From positions 32,001-96,000 of the IMG/VR virus record IMGVR_UViG_3300035498_000732: a stretch of DNA of 64,000 bases; one strand, written 5' to 3'. Made by a program: the position numbers and the translations under genes. The notes under the pieces are model-generated. The model saw only the letters and a list, made by a program, of their open reading frames with translations. It did not search any database and was not told where the DNA came from. Within the stretch, counting starts at the first letter, position 1, and every line of letters starts with the position of its first letter. This DNA is from a virus. Lineage: Duplodnaviria; Caudoviricetes. Below, in pieces: positions 20,701-28,482 of the stretch.

Positions 20701-21173
20701 GTTTCATTCTGATTAATAGTAACCTTAGTAAGGACTATATTGTAGTATGGATGAAACTCATATGTTTCTGTATCATCATTATCCTCTTCACCACTATCTA
20801 TATAAATAGAGCAGTGCTTATCAATAACAAACATATCATTTACTGAGTACTTCTCTATATCACTATATTTAATACAGATAATAGCAGTCAATGATGCAGG
20901 AGTAGCATAGATATCATCTATGCCATATAATATAGCATGGGTAATGATATTTCTATCATATTTTGCTCTATTAGGAAATACTTCATTGGATAACTCAGAT
21001 GCCATTTGTACATTCATTTGCATCTTAGCAGTTTCCAATGATCCAATATATCCATATATGCCCATTGATAATGTCTGCTCATCTTCATCTACATACTGTT
21101 GCTTTACTTCTTTTACTGCATCAGCAATAGCATATACATCTGAGCTAAGTAAATTATCAAATACTGTAGCCAT
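17772..21173 (-). CDS. Baseplate wedge protein (T4 gp6-like) with large acidic insertion
   Basis: N-terminal SNEVFPNRA..I..HA..PA and central G.D..S.DELK..P...AITTDTD.NY patterns resemble baseplate J/gp6 proteins; D/E/S/N-rich insert at ~19080-19810. Confidence 0.65.
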   Translation of the reverse strand: MATVFDNLLSSDVYAIADAVKEVKQQYVDEDEQTLSMGIYGYIGSLETAKMQMNVQMASELSNEVFPNRAKYDRNIITHAILYGIDDIYATPASLTAIICIKYSDIEKYSVNDMFVIDKHCSIYIDSGEEDNDDTETYEFHPYYNIVLTKVTINQNETVYTARYDNSEPNNLSNITNPYLNAPVTMVYGGEKYLGVQVQLYQVTLTTVQNKLITSNLIDNKTFIFTHEDQLADFVVDVVDNGITTTLTPIYEGGVTPTDSKFCYYILLDDTRVRVKFERTSYTPKINTEINVRMQTTKAYEGNFKYLQDAVFATLESDTYNYSNITSMVWIQTDSENGQDAKSADELKTIIPKEALARGAITTDTDLDNYFNQLNTDDNMIRMDRKVDNQVEHTYYAHLLIKDEESNIIPTNTIKLFTRKCDLPINTNERYVIPAGAIIKYSSADGYGVLIHNDISEEGLGDLATKEDNEIIDTTDQPEEGNGDDKDDNKETESNQTPEDLSTGDNGENSGGEGTSEENSESDNNETDENGETADGSEKEGSDSNEEQSEGEIDNTGEESSNTDEGEPSTVSALDDPDIEPELVAINTAATEALSAMEESDAEDPDAETRLESGVTDYEVDTTNVDTENPPTQESSGEDYDTIVLTDGVEGTGGEGTESEFTENDEVVNNPTYKVVDNISQVQPVYDASVLDFMYLVTDEKDFEVDTSDNTVFYYTNPYTIIINAGDQQYASYYLCVIDESKYMNYKYINQDSDIQFICNYIDWYRKFITDNNCYKMDITVSQNIQEDMGLYEEEQVELDDELVTVVTAMKVKVFTVLYRNGSAYRYSEGNFVSFDASTYSFNFQFVMETKNIILDSENNIRIENLGICGQEGSDYGYFAGNTPAKIYVLVEDGGAAGRYDLDAYIPGLENYSVTNMFEVNDGLDFFVNYSGIMSSKLSVVDGDETMDQAYELISLPVVGYQYALNEDRMDYFVNQLNYKKAYIDNANSKIWNPFGLDFKFFNTYGPSKLFTLDGYTLIDRVNIQLNFDLKLKTSHDVNTVDYIKAYVKKVIIEDLNGEPSLHIPNLITDVTNKFRESIEYFEFLSIDNYGPGVQHLYHSDEDYVDLVPEFININMIYNEDGTKTADINVNVV

Positions 21174-21187
21174 TGTTGTTCTCCTCC

Positions 21188-22264
21188 TTATTTAATCCAT
21201 CTTAGCCTTGGCACATACGTAGTAGATGTCTTTGTAGGCTTCTCCATTTTAATATATGCACCACTAGCCCAAGTTCTATCAATACGCCCAGAATCATGAT
21301 TAAATGTAGACATAGTTTCACTGTTTGCATATTTTTCCATAAGCGTATTAAATTCATATATAATCAATGGATTCATATCTTCTATAAAAGCAGATTTCCA
21401 TTGTATAGATAAAGATAATCCAGCACTAGAAAAGTCTCCATTGCCAAATACACTTCTTGGAACTGATGTAGGATAGCACCCCCACAATTTGGCATAGTGA
21501 GCTATTGTCATCATGTCATCTAGGAGAGTAAATTTATATATAGCAATCTGGTCATGGAGTACTTTATTCTGTATATATCTAATATCAGGAGTTATTCTTC
21601 CTAATCTCTTTAGTCTCTCATATTCATCATATGCTTTAAAAAACATGTATATGTCAAGATGCCTAGTATCTTCAAACTCCAAAGAAAATGAAAATCCATC
21701 ATCTGATGCCTCTGAACTTCCTCTATATTCATAATTATTTCCATGCATATTTGAGGCAATATCAATATCTACCGAATTTATATCCGGTAGATCTAATGTA
21801 TCTTTTACTCTATTATGAAGAAGAGCTATAGTACCACCTTTATGAGATGACTGTAATGAATCTATTACCTCTGGATAATAATCCTTCAAGTTTACAAAGA
21901 ACTCTACATTCTCTAATTCACTTTGAAGATTATTATTGGTGCCATCCATTATATGAAGATCTGGTTTAGTGAAAAATAAAACCTCTTTCGTATTAGGCAT
22001 TCTATTATATGGATCATTATAACCAAACTTACTATATTTGGTATACATACCACTTTTAATAGTAGATGGTTTTAATAGTCCATGGGTTTCAAGCATAGAT
22101 GAATCTGAATTAGATATTTGATTAAAATTAGCTCCGGTAATTTGTCTATATAGAGTATTCTTAGATCTATTTAATCCATACTCTAGACTATTAGCTCCTA
22201 ATTTATCATGTTCATTATCAGAGCTTATATTAGTAATCTTACTTACTTTGCCTTTACTAGCCAT
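21188..22264 (-). CDS. Virion structural protein (tail tube/baseplate-like)
   Basis: AGGAGG RBS before ATG 22264; late promoter 22291-22304; FSLEFED..WGCYPTSVP pattern resembles tail-tube-fold proteins. Confidence 0.5.
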   Translation of the reverse strand: MASKGKVSKITNISSDNEHDKLGANSLEYGLNRSKNTLYRQITGANFNQISNSDSSMLETHGLLKPSTIKSGMYTKYSKFGYNDPYNRMPNTKEVLFFTKPDLHIMDGTNNNLQSELENVEFFVNLKDYYPEVIDSLQSSHKGGTIALLHNRVKDTLDLPDINSVDIDIASNMHGNNYEYRGSSEASDDGFSFSLEFEDTRHLDIYMFFKAYDEYERLKRLGRITPDIRYIQNKVLHDQIAIYKFTLLDDMMTIAHYAKLWGCYPTSVPRSVFGNGDFSSAGLSLSIQWKSAFIEDMNPLIIYEFNTLMEKYANSETMSTFNHDSGRIDRTWASGAYIKMEKPTKTSTTYVPRLRWIK

Positions 22265-22436
22265 GCCAGACTTCCTCCTTTCACGTAACAATTATTGATA
22301 AGTTCTGCTATTTAATAAGTCCTCGATTGCATATTATATCAGTAATAAATAAAGCCAATAATTGTGATTGAATCTATTAATTACCATTATTCAATAAAGC
22401 TAAATGAAGATTTAAAGAAAGGATGGAAATACAATT

Positions 22437-22709
22437 ATGATGAAGAATAGAACCAATAGAATTAATGGAGTACCAATGGCAGGATGTGCATCTGTCTTTG
22501 ATGATAGATTCATGAGAGAGAATTTTCCAAATTCTGTATCTAAAGAGGAACCAATGTGGGTTCCTTTTGAAGAGCATAGAAGACATATAGATTATTCTAG
22601 AATGGATATATATGATGGGTATATTGCAGATGTATTCCTTAATGGTAATTTCATTGGATCAATAGATAGTAAATCAGTATTAGAAGTTAAATGCAGAAGA
22701 AAAGTATAA
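22437..22709 (+). CDS. Small early protein, paralog 1
   Basis: Shares INGVPMAxCxxxxDDxFMxxNF with 22877..23167; duplicated promoter and leader. Confidence 0.7.
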   Translation: MMKNRTNRINGVPMAGCASVFDDRFMRENFPNSVSKEEPMWVPFEEHRRHIDYSRMDIYDGYIADVFLNGNFIGSIDSKSVLEVKCRRKV

Positions 22710-22876
22710 AAATATTTTTCAATTACTATTGGCTTTATTTTTTTCTTATCAAAATATATTTCAATTGCATATTATAATAATAGAATAAAGCCAGTAATTG
22801 TGATTGACCATCCCGCAATTAGTCGTCGCTCGTAAGAGCTAAACAAAGATTTTAAGAAAAGGATGGAAATGCAATT

Positions 22877-23167
22877 ATGATGAAAAAAGCACCGACAATT
22901 AATGGGGTACCAATGGCATGTTGTAGCCAAATTTGTGATGATGAATTTATGGAGATTAATTTTGGTAGTAAACCAAGGCGATCTAATACTAACTATAATT
23001 ATACTGAAGAAGTAATAACAAGTGTAGAAGACCTTGGAAGATCAGATGAATATCAATTAAAAGTACCATCAGGAGCTAAAGCTATGATATATGTAAATGG
23101 GTGTCCTGTGTTTGGGCCAATAATAGGAGAAGCACAGATATCTGTTATAGAAATTGAATATTATTAA
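22877..23167 (+). CDS. Small early protein, paralog 2
   Basis: Same N-terminal motif and leader as 22437..22709. Confidence 0.7.
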   Translation: MMKKAPTINGVPMACCSQICDDEFMEINFGSKPRRSNTNYNYTEEVITSVEDLGRSDEYQLKVPSGAKAMIYVNGCPVFGPIIGEAQISVIEIEYY

Positions 23168-23282
23168 TATTCAATCCCATTATTGGCTTTATTTTTTCTT
23201 ATAAATCTCTGAGAGCTTCACATATCAGTGCCACAACATTAAATTAATTTAATATGATTAAAATAAGGAGGATATAAATGCT

Positions 23283-24911
23283 ATGATTAATAGTGTAATT
23301 CACGAAACTATTCTTAGAGATATAGTAGATTTAGTTAGTGATGTGAAGGATGACTATGAAGCCGCAAGCGGGATACTGAAAGCATCAGGTGGAAATGCAT
23401 ATAGTTCTATCATGAAGGCTACATCAGATTTAGTATTAGTTTTTCCATTTCTATGTGACAGTACTGTAAGCATGGAAACAGCTAATATGACATCTAAAGC
23501 TATTGAACGCCAATGTGTAACAATGCTTAGGCTTCTTTTTTCTGCATGCCAGATTTCTGATTATAGTAATGGCAGGGAGTTTTTAGCTCAATTTCATAAT
23601 AATATTAAACCAGATACTCCTGGAGAAATGGATCTTGATGATTTTCTTACTATAATGGATAAATACACAGAGTCAGGGGATCTTATTATTAGAGATCGCA
23701 AGGCATATAATACCATTATGGAGCAGCTTCACAATATGTGTAATCAGGAACCACTTGCTGAAACTATAAATGAACAATCATTGTCTGATTTTAGTATATT
23801 AGAGAGAAATGGTAGTCTCAGTGTTCTTGGAGAAGCCAAGAATAATAATGACAGACGTAACAATAGAAATAGTGGTGGCAGCAGAAATAACGGTGGCAGA
23901 GGAACTAGATCTGATAAACCTAGATCTGGCCGAGGCAATGCTACATCTACTTTTGAATATGATGACGATGCATTTGAAAAAGCAATAGCATATGCATATG
24001 GAGATGAAGAAGATAGAGCTGCTCAGGATCTTGAAGATGCTATGAAATGGCGTAATAGCAAGGCCGGAAAGGCCAGTGTTACTAAAGATAAGAAATCTTC
24101 TATGGATAAGTATATACAAGGCCAAAAAATATCTAAAGTTCTGCAAGGTAAAGCTAAGGCTAATGTAAAAGTAAATGACAAAGATCTTATGGATCCGAAA
24201 GACCTTGCTCAGTTTTATAAAAATATGGCGGATGCTCAGAATAATATGATTCTTGATACAGATGCCAAGAAAGCTAATGAACTTCAGCCTTCATTGATGC
24301 TGATCAATTATACATATAAAAATGATCAGGGATATTATTGCCCTGCTCAATTTGTATGTGGAGTTAAATGCCGTCTTATTCCTGTTGATCCTGTAGATAT
24401 TGCTAATAGGATTTTAGTTAAGCATCAGGATAGAAATGTATTATTTAATTTTATTAGAGCTACTACAGGCGAGACTGCATTTGTAAAAGATTTCTTATTC
24501 GCTATTGATAGAGCAAAGATTGATGCTATGTCTAATTCCAGAACTGGATCTTCAAACAAGATGTGGAAGGTTCTTGAGCGTAGAGCAAATCTTTCTAAAT
24601 ACCGTCAGTATTTTACTAAGAGTAATGATTGTGCTATGATTACTACTCTTGGTATTTCTAAAGAATTAGCTGAATACATTAAGAAAGAAAATGGCATTGA
24701 TATGGAGAATCCTAAAGTTGCTGCCCAGATTATGGAAGGCTATAATCTTATGGGATTTATAGTTATTGATGAAGCTGTAGAAGTAAATAAGTTCTTATGG
24801 GATAATGGTGAAAGGTATTTTGAAACCATTACATTTAATAACTTGGAAAGGGAAAATTCTGGCGGTGAGTATAAGAAAGCTCTTAATCTCATGCAGAAGA
24901 TGTACAGGTAG
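23283..24911 (+). CDS. Putative virion head structural protein
   Basis: Late promoter 23235-23248, AGGAGG RBS, first gene of the head-protein block; low-complexity N/R/G insert. Confidence 0.55.
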   Translation: MINSVIHETILRDIVDLVSDVKDDYEAASGILKASGGNAYSSIMKATSDLVLVFPFLCDSTVSMETANMTSKAIERQCVTMLRLLFSACQISDYSNGREFLAQFHNNIKPDTPGEMDLDDFLTIMDKYTESGDLIIRDRKAYNTIMEQLHNMCNQEPLAETINEQSLSDFSILERNGSLSVLGEAKNNNDRRNNRNSGGSRNNGGRGTRSDKPRSGRGNATSTFEYDDDAFEKAIAYAYGDEEDRAAQDLEDAMKWRNSKAGKASVTKDKKSSMDKYIQGQKISKVLQGKAKANVKVNDKDLMDPKDLAQFYKNMADAQNNMILDTDAKKANELQPSLMLINYTYKNDQGYYCPAQFVCGVKCRLIPVDPVDIANRILVKHQDRNVLFNFIRATTGETAFVKDFLFAIDRAKIDAMSNSRTGSSNKMWKVLERRANLSKYRQYFTKSNDCAMITTLGISKELAEYIKKENGIDMENPKVAAQIMEGYNLMGFIVIDEAVEVNKFLWDNGERYFETITFNNLERENSGGEYKKALNLMQKMYR

Positions 24912-24932
24912 ATAGGAGGTAAATGATCGAAA

Positions 24933-26009
24933 ATGAGTAGTTTATTATATGAACATGGAAAACGATTGGATAACTCCGTATTTGCAGATACAATTATCAA
25001 TAAGAAAGATTATGAAAGCATCATCTCTGAGAATATGGATCTCACAGATATGCAGACATTAGCTACTGTAAATGCTATTAATGAAGCAGATAGAGCAGCC
25101 GTACTTACTTCTCTTACATCTAGACTCTATGATAATATTGTAGATAAAGTAGATGATATTGATTTTGGTACTATTGCTACTTCTAAGGGTGATATTACTA
25201 AAATTGAGAATTATGAGAGATTATTGGATTGTATCGAGGTATTGAGATCAATTGTTAAGGAATATCATCAGTCTACTGAACCTATTGATGTAGTATCTGA
25301 TGCTATTACTAATATTAGAAATCGTACTAAGCTATGGACTAAGTGTTATGCTATGAATTTGGAGTTACCTATAATCTTATATCAAACAATGACTATGGCT
25401 TGTGTATCTTCAATTTCATTATTGATTGCTACTAGTATTGAATTTATTAAAAATTCAGAAGATGGCACATATACAGCTGCCTTAGATAAAGTGGCTTATA
25501 ATAAAACAAGTGTTAATCTTCTCTATAGTAATCTTAAGAAGTTTAATAATGCTTGTAAGTCTGGAGAGATTGATGAAGTTGTTAATCATATCATCTCTAC
25601 AAATTCTAAGCAATTTGTTGGTGCTGTATGTAATATTCTGGTATCTGGTGCTGCAGTGGTAGCAATTATTAAATTCATTGTACCTATGCTGAGAGAATTG
25701 GTATACTTCTTCTATTCTGCTAAACAGTCTGTATCTGACTATTTTGCTATTCAGGCAGATTTATTAGAGGTAAATGCTAATAACGTTCAGTATAAGTCCG
25801 ATATTCCAGATGAGAAACGTACTATCATCTATAATAGACAGAAAGGCATTGCTGATAAATTTAGGAATATTAGTAATACTTTTGCTATTAAGATGAATAA
25901 AGCACAACATGATGCTGATAAGAGTATCACTAGTGAGAAAAAGAAATATAAGATTTCTGATATTACCTATGAGAAGCTTGATTCAGACGATTCATATGGC
26001 TTATTTTAG
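24933..26009 (+). CDS. Putative virion head protein with hydrophobic segment
   Basis: Co-oriented with the previous gene; INE|A motif; hydrophobic stretch VGAVCNILVSGAAVVAIIKFIV. Confidence 0.5.
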   Translation: MSSLLYEHGKRLDNSVFADTIINKKDYESIISENMDLTDMQTLATVNAINEADRAAVLTSLTSRLYDNIVDKVDDIDFGTIATSKGDITKIENYERLLDCIEVLRSIVKEYHQSTEPIDVVSDAITNIRNRTKLWTKCYAMNLELPIILYQTMTMACVSSISLLIATSIEFIKNSEDGTYTAALDKVAYNKTSVNLLYSNLKKFNNACKSGEIDEVVNHIISTNSKQFVGAVCNILVSGAAVVAIIKFIVPMLRELVYFFYSAKQSVSDYFAIQADLLEVNANNVQYKSDIPDEKRTIIYNRQKGIADKFRNISNTFAIKMNKAQHDADKSITSEKKKYKISDITYEKLDSDDSYGLF

Positions 26010-26127
26010 CTATCATGTATTCTTTTAAAAATAAACATAATAATAATTGGCAGCCTAGCATGGTTATAAGCCATGCTTGGCTACTAAATCCTAAAGTAAA
26101 ATATATTTTATAAGGAGGATATACATA

Positions 26128-27255
26128 ATGGTATATGGAAGTATTTATGGTGCTTCTAGATATGGCGTAAGTGAGGCTCAGTTCAATCCTGACTATGCTA
26201 TGCCTGATGGACCATCATTGGTGGTCGAAGAGTCTATTAAATTCGACCAGAATATGTTTGATGTTATTATTGAACGTGATTTTGTAGAGTGTGCTGCTAT
26301 GCAGGGCGCTATTAGCGAATCCACTCTTTATGCTATTGATGAAAGCTTTGTTTCTGACGTTTGGGGAAGAGTTAAAGAGTTTATTGCTAAGGTAAAAGAA
26401 AAGATCGTATCTATTGCTAAGGCTGCTGCATTGAGAGTAAATGCATTCTTTACAAAAGATGGATCTGCTCTTGTTGAGAAGTATGGCCGTCAGTTTGATG
26501 CTGCTGATGTATCTAAGCTTGAAATCAAGGGATGGAGAGAGAAGAAAGAAAGCGGAAGTGGCATTCTTGCTTCATTAGGAAATACAAGTGAACTTTCTGT
26601 AGTTAAATCATATGAAGGTGCTATTACTGTCAGCACACAGAAGGAAAAAGATAAATTTGAAAAGGAGCATGGTGTAGATAAGGTATTATCTACATATCTT
26701 GGTGGCAAGAAGACTACGTATGCTACATTCACAAAAGATGCAGAGTCTAAAGTATTTAAGGATCCAGCTACTGTAAAAGCAAGCAAGATTAGAAATACAA
26801 TCAAAGATATCGTTTCTGGTAATGGAAAGAGCATTAATGAAATTACTGAAATCAAAGATACAACTGAAAAAGCATATTCCACAGCAGAAGAAGATGCTCA
26901 GAAACAGATAGATAAAGCTAGAAGTGATACATATGAAGATGATGCAGATGCTGGCAATGGCGGCAAAGGCAAGACATCTCAGGAAAAACATGATGCAGCT
27001 GTATTCCAGGCAGAGTGTGCTAAGTTTGTCATTAGTGAAAACTCGAAGGCTGTTAGTAAAGTATTTTCCACATATCTTGATATCTTAAAACTTGATCTGA
27101 AGCAAGCAAGGAAGGCATTTATTACTATTGCTTCTAAGGGAGCAGGCAAGGTTACCGAGTCTACATTGCTTGAGGCTGTACTTGATGCTGATGAGTATGA
27201 AGTAGATTCATTCTTTGATCAGTACAGCTATGACTTTGAAGAACTTATTTCATAA
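26128..27255 (+). CDS. Internal head protein, paralog A
   Basis: Starts MVYGSIY; several xxE|S motifs in the first 75 aa, then amphipathic W..VKEFI.K; late promoter 26034-26047 and 5' hairpin. Confidence 0.6.
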   Translation: MVYGSIYGASRYGVSEAQFNPDYAMPDGPSLVVEESIKFDQNMFDVIIERDFVECAAMQGAISESTLYAIDESFVSDVWGRVKEFIAKVKEKIVSIAKAAALRVNAFFTKDGSALVEKYGRQFDAADVSKLEIKGWREKKESGSGILASLGNTSELSVVKSYEGAITVSTQKEKDKFEKEHGVDKVLSTYLGGKKTTYATFTKDAESKVFKDPATVKASKIRNTIKDIVSGNGKSINEITEIKDTTEKAYSTAEEDAQKQIDKARSDTYEDDADAGNGGKGKTSQEKHDAAVFQAECAKFVISENSKAVSKVFSTYLDILKLDLKQARKAFITIASKGAGKVTESTLLEAVLDADEYEVDSFFDQYSYDFEELIS

Positions 27256-27278
27256 TCTATAAAGGAGGAAAACAAATT

Positions 27279-28412
27279 ATGGTATACGGAAGTGTATATA
27301 GTTTAAGGGAATCTGCATTGAACTATGTAGAGCCTTATGAATTTGATGATTCCATCTCCTTTACAGAGATGGGTGCTATTGCAGTTGCTGAATCTACAGA
27401 AGATTGGAACAGAATGATGAGAGCTATTGCTCTTACAGAGTTATCATATGTTGCAGAGGCAGGCCAGGAATTGATTTATGAGTCTGTAGATATCGAGGCA
27501 ATTAAAAATAAAGTAGTTAAGTGGTTTCAGAATCTTTGGGCTAAAATCCAGGGTATCGCAAAGACAGCTCTTGCTAAGTTTGCAAGCTTTGGCAAGAATG
27601 ATGAATCATTCATTGATAAATATTCTAAAGATATTTATACCGGTGAAGATAATATTCCAGATGGATTTTCATTTAAAGGATATAAATTCCATGAAAACCT
27701 CAAGAGTTTATCTGATGATGTAAAGTCCGAATATGAAAAAATTACTAACAGAGTTCCAAATAAAATAAAAGTAGTAAGTGGATACAAGAAATCAGCTGAT
27801 TCTAGTACAACAGGTAGCAGTGTTATTAATAAATTTTTATCAGAGTCTGATACTACATTTAGTGATCTTGAATCTAGTTTTAGAGCTTCAATTTGTGGAC
27901 ATGGATCTGGGAAAGTATCTGCTTCTGATTTTGGAAAGGAATTAGATAAATATTTTAGAGGAAGTTCAGCTAAAGTGTTTATTAATAAAAATGGTATCGA
28001 TGCTAAGAACTTAATATCTATTGTTAGTGGAGCTAAAGATGCTATTGATGCTGCTGAGGATGCCCGTGATACTGCAAAGGATACGATTGATGAATCAATC
28101 GATAAAGTGGATGAGGCTGCAGACAGCTTTAATGATACGCCTGAAGATTCTACAGATGCTGAAGCTGTAAAGCTTCAGTCTGCAAAGTCTAGATACTTTA
28201 CAAAATATTCTGGTTATTTAAAGAATATTGAGTCTGCTGTATCTATTTGGTTCTCGCATTATATTTCAGCACTCAAGGATCAGAATCGTCAGGCAAAGGC
28301 TATCTGTGTTAAGCTCGTAGGTTTTGCAAATGGTGTTGGCGGTAAGAAAGATCTTACAAAGAATGAAGCTGCTTCTATCTTAGAAGACCGTTTTGCAACT
28401 ATCTTTGATTAA
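27279..28412 (+). CDS. Internal head protein, paralog B
   Basis: Starts MVYGSVY; LRES, AES and IYES motifs, then IKNKVVKWFQNLW; same architecture as the previous gene. Confidence 0.6.
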   Translation: MVYGSVYSLRESALNYVEPYEFDDSISFTEMGAIAVAESTEDWNRMMRAIALTELSYVAEAGQELIYESVDIEAIKNKVVKWFQNLWAKIQGIAKTALAKFASFGKNDESFIDKYSKDIYTGEDNIPDGFSFKGYKFHENLKSLSDDVKSEYEKITNRVPNKIKVVSGYKKSADSSTTGSSVINKFLSESDTTFSDLESSFRASICGHGSGKVSASDFGKELDKYFRGSSAKVFINKNGIDAKNLISIVSGAKDAIDAAEDARDTAKDTIDESIDKVDEAADSFNDTPEDSTDAEAVKLQSAKSRYFTKYSGYLKNIESAVSIWFSHYISALKDQNRQAKAICVKLVGFANGVGGKKDLTKNEAASILEDRFATIFD

Positions 28413-28482
28413 AAGATAAAATCTAGCCAGAGGGGGTTTGAAAGCCCTCTCTGGTATTTTTCATAAAAAAGGAGAGTAGAAT

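Larger units (their letters stand above)
22348..23197 (+). repeat. Two tandem units, each bounded by imperfect inverted repeats (22348-22372/22718-22739 and 22784-22807/23171-23193)
   Basis: aataaagcca(a/g)taattgtgattga upstream and tcaat..tattggctttatt plus T tract downstream of each gene. Confidence 0.8.

Noticed and set aside
22327-23200. CRISPR-like mini array
   Set aside because: Only two units, each holding an RBS-led ORF; no constant repeat-spacer periodicity and no cas genes
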